A stretch of DNA of 60,241 bases, filler included. It is 6 parts of 6 records of this genome, joined end to end, with 100 filler letters (N's around TTAATTAATTAA, not from the genome) between each part and the next. Parts side by side here need not be neighbours in the genome. Positions count along the whole stretch, not along the records: positions 17,907 to 39,727 come from SRR31156797_5696; positions 39,828 to 44,852 come from SRR31156797_5704; 4 more parts are not named here. One strand, 5' to 3'. A program made the position numbers and the translations under genes. The notes below the pieces were generated by a model. It ran no database searches. It had not been told where the DNA came from and saw nothing but the letters and a program-made list of their open reading frames with translations. This document shows, in pieces, positions 33,634 through 43,446 of the stretch; position 1 is the stretch's first letter, and every line of letters starts with the position of its first letter.

Positions 33634-34488
33634 TTAGTACAGCAGTGAGTATAGCTGGCGACGATATTTGCTTGCGATGCTGTTTCCTTGACCAATCGCG
33701 CTTAAAATATCCATAAAGGTTTTCTTCATTTCGCCATCTAAAGCGTTTAGGTCTGTTTTTAAGAAACTCCAAAGCAGTTCCAGCGCTTCTTCATCTCTTT
33801 GAACCTGGTGGTATTGTGCTGCAAGTTCGGTAGCCAGTTTACTGTTGCTCGGGTCAGTTGAAAAAGCTTGTTCTAATGCTTGGATTTCAGGGCTATCCGC
33901 AGCCTGCTCGTGAAGTTCTAACTTCGCAATTAGGCTCTTATAGTAACCGTCTTGATATTCAAGCGGAATGGACTCCAACTCAGCTTTAGCTGCATCAAAC
34001 TGTTGTGATTCTAGGAAACAGTCAGCCAGTGCAAGTTTCACATCCCCTTTGCTCTTGAGTTCTTCAGGCAGAGAAAGTAACAGCGGTAAAGCTTGTTGAT
34101 ACTGCTGAGCTTGGATCAGCTCAATCGCTTGATTGAACGTCATTTCATCCTGACTAGGTAGATGACGGTTAAGCATTTCCTGTACTGCTTCAATCGGTTG
34201 AGGTCCACCTAGGCCATCAACAGGTTGCCCATTAATGAACAACGCGATAGTCGGTAAGGCTTGAACACCAAACTGAGCTGCAATGGCCTGTTCATCCTGA
34301 CAGTTCAACATGGCAAGCTTAAAAACACCGTTGTATTGCTGTGTTAGTTGCTGAAGCTCAGGTACTAATTGGGTACTTTCTGGGCTGATTGGAGCCCAGA
34401 AATAAAATAGGATTGGGCTGGTGGCTGAACCTTCAAGTACTTCTCGAAAGTTATGCTGGTTGACTTCAATGATATTGGGTGACTGCAT
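33634..34488 (-). CDS. ybbN: Thioredoxin-TPR co-chaperone YbbN/CnoX
   Basis: Trx-like domain without CxxC (FWAPISPES), TPR region, YRRQLYSLLY terminus. Confidence 0.93.
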   Translation of the reverse strand: MQSPNIIEVNQHNFREVLEGSATSPILFYFWAPISPESTQLVPELQQLTQQYNGVFKLAMLNCQDEQAIAAQFGVQALPTIALFINGQPVDGLGGPQPIEAVQEMLNRHLPSQDEMTFNQAIELIQAQQYQQALPLLLSLPEELKSKGDVKLALADCFLESQQFDAAKAELESIPLEYQDGYYKSLIAKLELHEQAADSPEIQALEQAFSTDPSNSKLATELAAQYHQVQRDEEALELLWSFLKTDLNALDGEMKKTFMDILSAIGQGNSIASKYRRQLYSLLY

Positions 34489-34622
34489 GGACATTCCTGT
34501 TGACTCGTGCACTTTGATCAAAAGATGGGGCCATAAACAAAGAAATCAAGCCTTAAGCTTGAAATGAACCTTGTGTTTTGGGGGAGATGTGCGCTAAGTC
34601 GTCGACAATGACACTCGATGGT

Positions 34623-34685
34623 TCAGCTCATAATGATGATGAGTACAATACCAATACTGAGCCAATTTAACTGCTTCAATGTCAT
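34623..34685 (-). CDS. Possible 20-aa hydrophobic peptide or frameshifted small gene
   Basis: GAGG RBS; MTLKQLNWLSIGIVLIIIMS*. Confidence 0.3.
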   Translation of the reverse strand: MTLKQLNWLSIGIVLIIIMS

Positions 34686-34851
34686 AAGTTGCCTCACTTA
34701 TCTCGAACTGATGGATAGAAGTGTTTAATCTATCAATAGTATCTTCAATAATTGTTGCGAAACGATGACGAAAAGAGAATTTAATTTTATATTGCCAAAG
34801 TATTTAGAGAGCGTTGTATATCACATCTCACCTTTCATGGTGCGAAATAGT

Positions 34852-35679
34852 TCAGGCTGCTTTGTACAACAGTTTATCTAACACTGAGCCAGGTAGTAGC
34901 CTTTTTAAAATTGCCGCAACTTTTGTTGGTGTGGTAATTCTGTAGCGCAATTTGGGTTTGGTTGATTCAAGCGCATGAATTAGAGGTTCTAAACAAGCTT
35001 CTGGTGGAAGAACAAACTTATTCTTGGAAGTTTCTTTGCTTAGTCGATCGAGCTGTATTTCATATTCCGCGGCATGAACACTGTCTTCAATGTTGACCCA
35101 TTGTTTGAAGGCGCGTAACCCATTTGCTCTGAACTGAGTTTCGATCGGCCCTGGTTCAATAATGCTTATGCGGATATTGGTGTTCCGTAACTCTAACCTT
35201 AAAGTGTCGGTCCAACCTTCTAAAGCAAATTTCGAGGTGTTATAAGCACCACGATATTTCATTGCAGCAAAGCCAAGGATGGAACTATTTTGCACGATGC
35301 GACCATGCCCTAATTGACGAAAGTGAGGTAGCAGTGCTGTGGTTAAAGTGTGCCATCCAAATAAGTTGGTTTCTAATTGCAATCGTAACGCTTGTGTCGG
35401 CAGATCCTCTAATGCACCAGGTTGGCCATAGGCTCCATTGTTAAACAGAGCTGAGAGTTTATGGTCTGTTAGCTCCAGTGCTTTTTTTACTCCCTGTTTA
35501 ATGCTTTCATCATCGGCCAAATCAAGCTGAATACAGGTGAATCCTTCATTGGTCAGTCTCTCTACGTCTTGTTGCTTGCGGCAAGATGCGATGACTTGGT
35601 AGCCGCGTTGTTGTAATGCATGTGCGGCCATGTAGCCGATTCCTGTAGAGCAGCCAGTAATTAAAATTGAATGCGTCAT
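34852..35679 (-). CDS. Short-chain dehydrogenase/reductase
   Basis: TGCSTGIG, NNGAYG, YNTSK catalytic motif. Confidence 0.92.
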   Translation of the reverse strand: MTHSILITGCSTGIGYMAAHALQQRGYQVIASCRKQQDVERLTNEGFTCIQLDLADDESIKQGVKKALELTDHKLSALFNNGAYGQPGALEDLPTQALRLQLETNLFGWHTLTTALLPHFRQLGHGRIVQNSSILGFAAMKYRGAYNTSKFALEGWTDTLRLELRNTNIRISIIEPGPIETQFRANGLRAFKQWVNIEDSVHAAEYEIQLDRLSKETSKNKFVLPPEACLEPLIHALESTKPKLRYRITTPTKVAAILKRLLPGSVLDKLLYKAA

Positions 35680-35708
35680 TATCTGTTCCGTGTGATTATC
35701 TTTTACCG

Positions 35709-36623
35709 TCAAGGTCTATGCTGCAACAACTGAGTCAATGCCGGTTTGACATGCGAAAATTGAAATTGAAAGCCGAGTTCGGTGAGTTTCTTGGGCTTAG
35801 CTCTCATGCTATCAAACAGTAGTTCTGATGATTCGCCCATCAGTAATTGAATGACCCACTTGGGCGTAAACAAAAAGTGTGGCCGGTTTAATACACTTGC
35901 TAGGCTGCGACTGAACTCTAGGTTAGTGGCTGGGTGTGGTGCTGATAAGTTAAACGGGCCATGAGCATGTTGTGTGGAAAGTAAAAATACGATGGCCTGA
36001 ACCATGTCTTTCATATGAATCCACGGCATAAACTGGTCTCCCGATCCGATAGGTCCGCCGATCCCGAGATTATAGGGTGGCAGCATTTTCTTTAATGCTC
36101 CCCCTTCAGGAGAGAGAACCACGCCAGTTCTTATTGTGCAGACGCGCGTTCGATCGGATTGTGCTCTATTGGCTATCTGTTCCCATTTATCGCATACCTG
36201 ATGAGAAAAGCTATCATGGTGGACGTGGAGGCTTTCATCAAATGGATGGGATTGTTGATCGCCATAGTAGCCAACTGCTGAGCCGCTAATAAAAACGGAA
36301 GGTGGCTCTGTGCTCGCATGGATGAGAGAGACAAGTTGCTCGGTAATGTCCCATCGGCTGTGGCAAGTTTTTGATTTTTGTTTGCGAGTCCATCGCTTGT
36401 CAGCAATCGGTTCCCCGGCCAAATTAATAATGGCATCGAAATGATTAAGATCGTGAAAGTCATCGAGGCTATTGATGAACTCTAAACTCCCACTGTGTAT
36501 ATGATTGAGTCGATTCTTCGCATTCGCCGTATTTCTAGTTAAAACGGTAATGTTGTGTGTCATTAATAATTTTAGTAATTCACGACCAATAAAGCCGGTG
36601 CCGCCTGTCACTAGAATTTTCAT
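35709..36623 (-). CDS. TIGR01777 family oxidoreductase (YfcH-like)
   Basis: TGGTGFIG, INLAGEPIADKRW, SGSAVGYYG, GGPIGSGDQFMPWIH. Confidence 0.93.
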   Translation of the reverse strand: MKILVTGGTGFIGRELLKLLMTHNITVLTRNTANAKNRLNHIHSGSLEFINSLDDFHDLNHFDAIINLAGEPIADKRWTRKQKSKTCHSRWDITEQLVSLIHASTEPPSVFISGSAVGYYGDQQSHPFDESLHVHHDSFSHQVCDKWEQIANRAQSDRTRVCTIRTGVVLSPEGGALKKMLPPYNLGIGGPIGSGDQFMPWIHMKDMVQAIVFLLSTQHAHGPFNLSAPHPATNLEFSRSLASVLNRPHFLFTPKWVIQLLMGESSELLFDSMRAKPKKLTELGFQFQFSHVKPALTQLLQHRP

Positions 36624-36822
36624 AGCTTCTCCTGTGCGTACCTAATTATAGACTCAAAGTGGCTCATGGAATGTCATTTAACTAGCTTAAGTCAATCGAA
36701 GCATTCTTCCAATCCTATGTTTTTGCTTGTGATCTTTTTTCTTCAGTGCATAACTTATATCACACCAAGTCTTTGCTTCTTCTGCCATGATAAAAATAGT
36801 TCCAAATTTGATTGGAGAAGAC

Positions 36823-37557
36823 ATGACCGGATTGGTAGCCCTGTTTAAAGCAATGTTAGTAAGCCTGCGGGATCTTATGCCAATTGTGCTGGTGATCGCT
36901 TTCTTTCAGATCTTTGTTTTACAGGAGATGATGCCAAATTTTATCAATGTGGTCTTCGGCTTATTGTTGGTGGTTCTGGGGCTGACTTTCTTTATCTTTG
37001 GATTGGAGTTGGGATTGTTTCCTATCGGTGAATCCATGGCTCAAGCTTTTGCCCGTAAGGGCAGTGCGTTTTGGTTGTTGTTGTTTGCGTTTTGTCTGGG
37101 CTTTGGTACCACGATTGCTGAGCCAGCCTTGACTGCGGTGGCTGCAGAAGCCGCTAAGGTCGCGGCGGAAGGTGGTGCTATTTCTCACAAAGTTGAAGAC
37201 ATGCAAGCCTATTCTGATGGATTGCGCTTAACCGTTGCGTTTTCAGTTGGGGTCGCGATTGTACTCGGCGTTTTACGTATCATTAAAGGTTGGCCAATTC
37301 ATTACATGATAGCAATGGGTTATGTCGGAGTGGTGGTTATGACGGCGTTTGCTCCTCCCAGCATTATTGGGATTGCCTATGATTCTGGTGGTGTCACCAC
37401 ATCAACCATAACGGTACCGTTGGTCACCGCATTAGGGATTGGCTTAGCTTCCGCTATCAAAGGGCGAAATCCGATGTTAGATGGTTTTGGACTGATCGCT
37501 TTCGCTTCACTGCTGCCAATGATGTTCGTAATGGCTTTTGGCATGGTGATGACATGA
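36823..37557 (+). CDS. DUF1538 membrane protein, paralog A
   Basis: [49 protein letters not shown] before ATG 36823. Confidence 0.9.
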   Translation: MTGLVALFKAMLVSLRDLMPIVLVIAFFQIFVLQEMMPNFINVVFGLLLVVLGLTFFIFGLELGLFPIGESMAQAFARKGSAFWLLLFAFCLGFGTTIAEPALTAVAAEAAKVAAEGGAISHKVEDMQAYSDGLRLTVAFSVGVAIVLGVLRIIKGWPIHYMIAMGYVGVVVMTAFAPPSIIGIAYDSGGVTTSTITVPLVTALGIGLASAIKGRNPMLDGFGLIAFASLLPMMFVMAFGMVMT

Positions 37558-38348
37558 TGGGATTATCGAGTCTTTATCAAACATTTTTATCGACCCTTGG
37601 CGATGTGTTTCCCATATCTGTCATCATCATTGGTTTTCAATTCTTTGTCTTACGTAAGCCTATTGTACAGCCTCTGAAAGTATTGGCTGGCTTTGTCTAT
37701 GTGATCATAGGCTTAACTCTTTTTTTATTGGGCCTAGAGATGGCGCTGTTTCCTTTAGGGAGAACAATGGCTTCTCAACTGACTTCCCCTGACTTCTTAA
37801 CCGAATATCGACTCAGTATTGGGTCAGTTTTGCATTGGGTTGATTATTACTGGGTGTACGTATTTGCTTTTTGTATCGGTTTTAGTACCACGATTGCTGA
37901 GCCGTCATTGATCGCTGTAGCGATTAAAGCTAACAAAGTTTCGGCCGGTGCAATATCGGTAACAGGCTTGAGAGTCGCAGTTGCGCTAGGTGTAGCTATT
38001 GGTATCACGATGGGTTGCTATCGAATCGTGGTTGGAGACCCTATTCACTATTACATCATCGCAGGCTATGTACTGGTGGTAGCGCAGACGTTTTTTGCTC
38101 CCAAACTGATTATCCCACTGGCTTATGACTCCGGTGGTGTGACAACTTCCACGGTAACTGTCCCTATAGTCGCAGCTTTAGGGTTGGGATTGGCTTCCAC
38201 AGTACCCGGCAGAAACCCAATGATCGATGGGTTTGGACTGATCGCTTTTGCGAGTTTATTTCCTATTATCTCGGTAATGGGGTATGCACAGATAACACAG
38301 TGGCTTAATCGAAAGCCGAATGTGAAGGAGAATGACAATGCGGTTTAA
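37554..38348 (+). CDS. DUF1538 membrane protein, paralog B
   Basis: Same motifs ([34 protein letters not shown]); ATGA overlap with paralog A. Confidence 0.9.
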   Translation: MMGLSSLYQTFLSTLGDVFPISVIIIGFQFFVLRKPIVQPLKVLAGFVYVIIGLTLFLLGLEMALFPLGRTMASQLTSPDFLTEYRLSIGSVLHWVDYYWVYVFAFCIGFSTTIAEPSLIAVAIKANKVSAGAISVTGLRVAVALGVAIGITMGCYRIVVGDPIHYYIIAGYVLVVAQTFFAPKLIIPLAYDSGGVTTSTVTVPIVAALGLGLASTVPGRNPMIDGFGLIAFASLFPIISVMGYAQITQWLNRKPNVKENDNAV

Positions 38349-38688
38349 GTTGATTTTGGCTTTTGTTGAGGACGTCAAAACCGATTTGGTTCTTGATGCC
38401 GCCCGTGAGGCTGGTGCAACTGGTGCCACGGTAATTAATAATGCGAGAGGCGAAGGGCTCAATAAGAAACAAACATTCTTTGGCCTCACTCTCGATGTGC
38501 AAAAGGATGTTGTACTGCTCGTTGTAGAAGAACATTTGGCGCGCCATATTCTAGAAACCATTAACGAAGTGGGTGAGTTTGATGCAACTTCTGGCCAAGG
38601 GATCGCGATTCAAATCGATATCGAAGATGCGGTTGGTGTTGCCCATCAGGTTGAAACGCTAACAAAAGTCGTGGAGGAAAATTTATGA
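38338..38688 (+). CDS. PII-like (GlnB superfamily) protein
   Basis: AAREAGATGATV..ARGEG and GQGIA B-loop-like motif; no canonical GlnB T-loop Tyr. Confidence 0.85.
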   Translation: MRFKLILAFVEDVKTDLVLDAAREAGATGATVINNARGEGLNKKQTFFGLTLDVQKDVVLLVVEEHLARHILETINEVGEFDATSGQGIAIQIDIEDAVGVAHQVETLTKVVEENL

Positions 38689-39113
38689 ACCGTGGAGATA
38701 AGGTACGGGTACGAGATGTGATGGCCGGCACCTATGTGATGGTAGATGGTTTGATGACAGTATATGAAGGCATCCGTTTAGCAAAGAAACATCAAGTAAA
38801 GGCTTTGATTGTCGATAAGCGACACGAAGATGATGAGTATGGCATTGTGCTAATGAACGATATCGCTAAAAAAGTGTTGGCTCAAAACCGCTCAGCTCAA
38901 CGGACTAATATCTATGAGATTATGACTAAGCCAGCGCTTTCAGTATCCCCAGATATGAATGTTAAATATTGCGCTCGTTTATTTGAGCGATTTGGTATTA
39001 GCCGCGCACCGGTTATTGATTGTGGCACGGTGATCGGAATGGTGAGCTACAACAATATCGTTGTGAACGGTATGGTGAGTGATGATGATTCAGGGATGAC
39101 GTCTGAAAGTTAA
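38685..39113 (+). CDS. Stand-alone CBS-pair protein
   Basis: VRDVM...GIV..DI and EIMTKP...RAPV...GMVS; ATGA overlap. Confidence 0.9.
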   Translation: MNRGDKVRVRDVMAGTYVMVDGLMTVYEGIRLAKKHQVKALIVDKRHEDDEYGIVLMNDIAKKVLAQNRSAQRTNIYEIMTKPALSVSPDMNVKYCARLFERFGISRAPVIDCGTVIGMVSYNNIVVNGMVSDDDSGMTSES

Positions 39114-39152
39114 ACCCTTACAATTAATGGGTTAATACAGATGAGGTCTATG

Positions 39153-39701
39153 ATGAAATTATTTTTCGCATCCGATTTGCATGGTTCCCTTCCAGCTACG
39201 CAAAAGGTGTTGTCTTTATTTGAACAATCTGGAGCAAGCACCTTGATATTGCTGGGGGATTTGTTAAATCACGGACCGAGGAACCCAATCCCAGAGGGCT
39301 ATAATCCAGCGGCAGTTGCTGAGTTATTGAATGATTTGGCTGATAAGATCATCGCCGTTAGGGGTAACTGCGACAGCGAAGTGGATCAGATGTTATTGTC
39401 GTTCCCTATGATGTCTGATTATGCTTGGATTTTACTCGAATCCGGTCAACGCTTATTTTTAACCCATGGTCATACATACAATCAGGAAAACCTGCCATCA
39501 ATGGGTTCAAACGATGTATTGGTACATGGACACACTCATATACCAGCAGCAGAAGTTTGGGAGCGTGGTTTGTTCTTTAACCCGGGCTCAGTGACCTTTC
39601 CACGTAACGATTACCCACCAAGCTGCGGCTTGTTAGACCGAGAGTGTTTGTCAGTCATCACTTTGGATGGTGACGTTCTGGCTCAAACACGATTAAGTTA
39701 G
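39153..39701 (+). CDS. yfcE: Metallophosphodiesterase YfcE
   Basis: SDLHGS, GDLLNHGPRN, RGNCD, THGH, HGHTH, NPGS. Confidence 0.93.
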   Translation: MKLFFASDLHGSLPATQKVLSLFEQSGASTLILLGDLLNHGPRNPIPEGYNPAAVAELLNDLADKIIAVRGNCDSEVDQMLLSFPMMSDYAWILLESGQRLFLTHGHTYNQENLPSMGSNDVLVHGHTHIPAAEVWERGLFFNPGSVTFPRNDYPPSCGLLDRECLSVITLDGDVLAQTRLS

Positions 39702-39727
39702 AGCCTGTTTATCTTTTGCGATGATTT

Positions 39728-39827
39728 NNNNNNNNNNNNNNNNNNNNNNNNNNNNNNNNNNNNNNNNNNNNTTAATTAATTAANNNNNNNNNNNNNNNNN
39801 NNNNNNNNNNNNNNNNNNNNNNNNNNN
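39728..39827. other. Artificial contig spacer
   Basis: N-run/TTAATTAATTAA/N-run. Confidence 0.98.
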
Positions 39828-40171
39828 CCGTGATGCTCCAAAACAACAGCAGGGCTGGCGCAAATGGCACCATAAAACAGTTTTTTTTCTATTTGACGCT
39901 TCAAGATGAGGGTGAGCGTTTTTGAATCCCTCAAGTGTTCCGCGCCTGGAATACCACCAGGCAACACCACCAGGTCGTAAATTTTTGTCAAACAATCCTC
40001 AATCAAGGTGTCGGCAACGATGACCACGCCACGGGAAGCGGTAATTTTAACATCTCCAGAAACAGAAGCCACAGTCACCTCTGCACCGGCACGGCGAAGG
40101 ATGTCGATAATCGCCACGGCCTCCAGTTCCTCCGTACCATCGGCAACCGGGACTAGAACGGATTTTTCCAT
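39828..40171 (-). CDS. DJ-1/YajL family protein, 3'-truncated
   Basis: GTEELEAV..IDILRRAG, LPGG.PGA, AICASP. Confidence 0.92.
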
Positions 40172-40421
40172 AACCGTCTCCTTTCAGGAACACTTTATGA
40201 TTCAACCATGAGTCAGCGGAGTATACCTCATCATTCATGAAAAAACATCTTGTTTGTTCTTAAAAAAAGGGTTCCGTTCAAAGGTACGATTGGATCGAGC
40301 CCTGGTCCTGTGATATGAATATCGAACGGATGTCCCCCGGAGCACACCACGATTTTCTGGCATCTTTGGACATCGATGCACCCCAGATCAACGAAATCAG
40401 AAAAGGGTCGGCCACCAAAAA

Positions 40422-41273
40422 GTGAAAATACGACGAGAAAAAGTCCGGATGTGGAAGGTGGATACCGGATTAGGTCCTGTCAACCTGATGCACGCCCGCT
40501 ATGTAACCCAGAATTTTGCCCCCCATTTTCACGAAGGGTACTGTATCGGTGTTATTGAAAAAGGTGCATTGGGATTCCGATACAGAGGGGAGGACGTGGT
40601 GGCGCCATCGGGGTCCGTCAACCTTGCCGTCCCAGGGGAGGTTCACACGGGTCATGCAGCAGATGAAAAAGGCTGGACCTATCGGATGTTCTATCTCGAC
40701 ACAGACCTCATTGCATCAGCATCCTCACAGATGACTGGCAAAAGCTCTGAAACGCTCTTCATCCCTGACGGTGTTCTGTTCGATCCCGAATTGGCTGCCG
40801 GAATCCATCGGCTTCATTGCCTGATGGAGGATCCGGGAACCCCGTTACTGGAAAAGGAGACCGGATTACTTGAAGTATTGACCTGTTTGAATCATCGCCA
40901 TTGTATTTCGAATAAGGCCGATAGATCTGCAGGCAACGAGCCGACGGCTGTGGAAATGGCCAAGGCTTATCTTCACGCCCACCATGACCGTGACGTATCC
41001 GTCAGGGAAGTGGCCGAGACAACGGGCCTGAGCCCCTATCATTTTATCCGTGTCTTCAGCAAAGAGACCGGTCTCACACCTCACGCCTACCTTACCCAGG
41101 TTAGGGTACAAAAAGTACAGCAACTCCTGCAGTCGGGAGAGACAGCCGTGCAGGCAGCCATTTCGGCCGGCTTTTTCGACCAGAGCCACCTCACCCGCCA
41201 TTTTAAACGCATCGTCGGCATGCCGCCAGGCTTATACCGCAATTCTGTACAAGACAGCGACTCTCTCCTTTAG
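40422..41273 (+). CDS. AraC family regulator
   Basis: FAPHFHE cupin ligand domain; LSPYHFIRVF, GFFDQSHLTRHFK. Confidence 0.93.
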   Translation: MKIRREKVRMWKVDTGLGPVNLMHARYVTQNFAPHFHEGYCIGVIEKGALGFRYRGEDVVAPSGSVNLAVPGEVHTGHAADEKGWTYRMFYLDTDLIASASSQMTGKSSETLFIPDGVLFDPELAAGIHRLHCLMEDPGTPLLEKETGLLEVLTCLNHRHCISNKADRSAGNEPTAVEMAKAYLHAHHDRDVSVREVAETTGLSPYHFIRVFSKETGLTPHAYLTQVRVQKVQQLLQSGETAVQAAISAGFFDQSHLTRHFKRIVGMPPGLYRNSVQDSDSLL

Positions 41274-41360
41274 TAAAAAGTGGGAAGACGGAAAAGGGAC
41301 AAGATGCAACCATTTTCCTCAACCCCTATACCTTTAACCTTTTATCCTATACCTACGACC

Positions 41361-42164
41361 ATGAATACATACATCCACGGTTATTCCGAAAAAGAGACCG
41401 GCCGCCTTACCGACCAGGCCGGTACACTAACTGAACTATTGCACGGTGACACGGTTTATCCGGCCGGCAGCCGAGTGCTCGAGGCCGGGTGCGGCGTCGG
41501 ATCCCAGACGATTACGCTATGCCGGTCCAGTCCGGACGCAACTTTTAAAAGTATGGATATCTCCGAAACATCCCTTGATGCGGCCCGGACAAGGGCTTTC
41601 GAACAACGGCTCGGCAACGTCTCCTTCATGCAGGGAGACGTTTACGACCTGCCCTGCGACGAAAACAGTTTTGACCATGTCTTCGTTTGCTTTGTCCTCG
41701 AACATCTTGCCGACACCCGCAAAGCCCTTTCCGAATTCCAGCGTGTACTGAAACCCGGAGGATCATTGACGGTCATCGAGGGAGACCACGGTTCCTATTA
41801 CTGCCATCCCAAAAGTCATGCGGCAGACCTTGCCGTTCAGTGCCTGGTGGCGCTGCAGGCAAAAGCCGGTGGTGATGCGCTGATCGGCAGGCGTCTTTAT
41901 CCGTTGCTGGTGGAGACGGGTTTTTCCAATGTTTCGGTTTCCCCCCGCGTGGTATATGTGGATGCATCCCGACCGTCCCTTGTGGAGGGGTTCACGCGTA
42001 AAACCTTCACCGCCATGGTCAACGGTGTAAAAAATCAAGCCTTGACCTCGGGCCTGATCGATGAAAAGACTTGGGATCAAGGCATCGCCGACCTCTACCG
42101 CACCACCCAGACAGACGGCACATTCTGCTATACCTTTTTCAAAGGAGTGTGTGTGAACCCTTAG
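41361..42164 (+). CDS. Class I SAM-dependent methyltransferase (start ATG 41361)
   Basis: VLEAGCGVG, FDHVFVCFVLEH, LKPGG. Confidence 0.92.
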   Translation: MNTYIHGYSEKETGRLTDQAGTLTELLHGDTVYPAGSRVLEAGCGVGSQTITLCRSSPDATFKSMDISETSLDAARTRAFEQRLGNVSFMQGDVYDLPCDENSFDHVFVCFVLEHLADTRKALSEFQRVLKPGGSLTVIEGDHGSYYCHPKSHAADLAVQCLVALQAKAGGDALIGRRLYPLLVETGFSNVSVSPRVVYVDASRPSLVEGFTRKTFTAMVNGVKNQALTSGLIDEKTWDQGIADLYRTTQTDGTFCYTFFKGVCVNP

Positions 42165-42844
42165 ATCATCTGCTTGATGAACTGATAGAGAAAAGGGAGG
42201 AAGATCGCCGGCAGCATATTCCCGATCTTCATTTTTTTGATTTCAAGCATTCCGAGGCCGATAGCCAAAATAAGCAGCCCCCCGACAGCGGACATTTGTG
42301 ATACCACCTCGGAAAGAAGAAAGGGTTTGATCGCTGAGGCGGTAATGGTGATCACACCTTGAAAAAGGAAAACGGATACGCAGGAAAACAGCACACCAAT
42401 TCCCATCGTCGAGGCAAACAGAATCGATGCAATCCCGTCCAGAATGGATTTGGCGAACAGAGTCTGGTGGTTGCCCGAAAGGCCGCTCTCCAATGAACCC
42501 ACGATGGACATGGCTCCGACGCAGAAGAGCAGGCTTGCGTTGACGAATCCCTTGGAAAAGCCCGTGCTGTCTTTGGAAATTCGGCTGCCGATCCAGTTGC
42601 CCAACTGGTCCAATCTCTCTTCAAGGCAAAGCAATTCGCCGATCAGGCTTCCGATGGCCAGGCTAAGAATAACAATTAAAATGTCGTCGGTGCCTAAAGA
42701 GGTTTTCAATCCGATCAGGATCACGGCAAGCCCGATGGCATGCAGGATAGTTCTTCTGAATTTTTCGGGAATATTCCCTTTAAACAGCATCCCAACAAGG
42801 CTCCCGATGATAATACTTAGGGAATTGACAATGGTTCCAAGCAA
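42161..42844 (-). CDS. DUF554 membrane protein (TTG start 42844)
   Basis: GTIVN, GFVNASLLFCVGAMSIVGS, KSILDG, NMLP. Confidence 0.9.
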   Translation of the reverse strand: MLGTIVNSLSIIIGSLVGMLFKGNIPEKFRRTILHAIGLAVILIGLKTSLGTDDILIVILSLAIGSLIGELLCLEERLDQLGNWIGSRISKDSTGFSKGFVNASLLFCVGAMSIVGSLESGLSGNHQTLFAKSILDGIASILFASTMGIGVLFSCVSVFLFQGVITITASAIKPFLLSEVVSQMSAVGGLLILAIGLGMLEIKKMKIGNMLPAIFLPFLYQFIKQMI

Positions 42845-42911
42845 GTTATCGATCCTTTTCTTGACCGGGATAAGATTCCTTCCGGTAATCGCAGGCAGGA
42901 AGAGAAAAAAG

Positions 42912-43442
42912 TCAAACGTCAATTTTATCCGTTCGTAAATGATAGTGGCCCGACGGCCGGTCCTGAAAAAAGTAGTACAAGGTTTTCTCGATCGCCTTGA
43001 AGGCAATTTCGTTCCAGGGGATCTCCTTTTCGCCGACCAGTTTTACCTCGGCACTTTCGCTGGTCGGATGGAAATCCAATTCCGTTAGGTCCGCGCGGAA
43101 CATCATATAAATCTGGTTAACATGCAAAATGTCGATCATCAGGTAAGGAACCAGGTTCGAAACCGACGTCCCCGTTTCCTCGAGCGTTTCACGAAAAGCT
43201 CCGTCGGCCACAGTTTCGCCGTTTTCCAAAAATCCGGCCGGCAAGGTCCAGAATCCTTTGCGTGGTTCGATATTACGGCGGCATAAAAGGACCTGATCCT
43301 TCCAAACGGGAATCGTTCCAACCACGACCCTGGGGTTTTTATAATGAACCATTCCGCAAGCAGTACAAACGTGACGGGGACGGTTGTCATGGTCGGGTAC
43401 TTTCAGTACAACTTTCTTACCGCAGTTGGTGCAGTACTTCAT
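42912..43442 (-). CDS. Zn-ribbon NUDIX hydrolase
   Basis: CTNCG...CTACG ribbon; PAGFLENGETVADGAFRETLEETG Nudix box. Confidence 0.93.
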   Translation of the reverse strand: MKYCTNCGKKVVLKVPDHDNRPRHVCTACGMVHYKNPRVVVGTIPVWKDQVLLCRRNIEPRKGFWTLPAGFLENGETVADGAFRETLEETGTSVSNLVPYLMIDILHVNQIYMMFRADLTELDFHPTSESAEVKLVGEKEIPWNEIAFKAIEKTLYYFFQDRPSGHYHLRTDKIDV

Positions 43443-43446
43443 GAAA

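Noticed and set aside
39153..39701. yfcE as part of the DUF1538-PII-CBS system
   Set aside because: Co-oriented and close, but a widespread gene with no overlap coupling; membership cannot be supported without comparative data
42845..43006. Apparent long overlap of DUF554 with NUDIX
   Set aside because: Over-extended start; TTG at 42844 has an RBS and matches the family N-terminus
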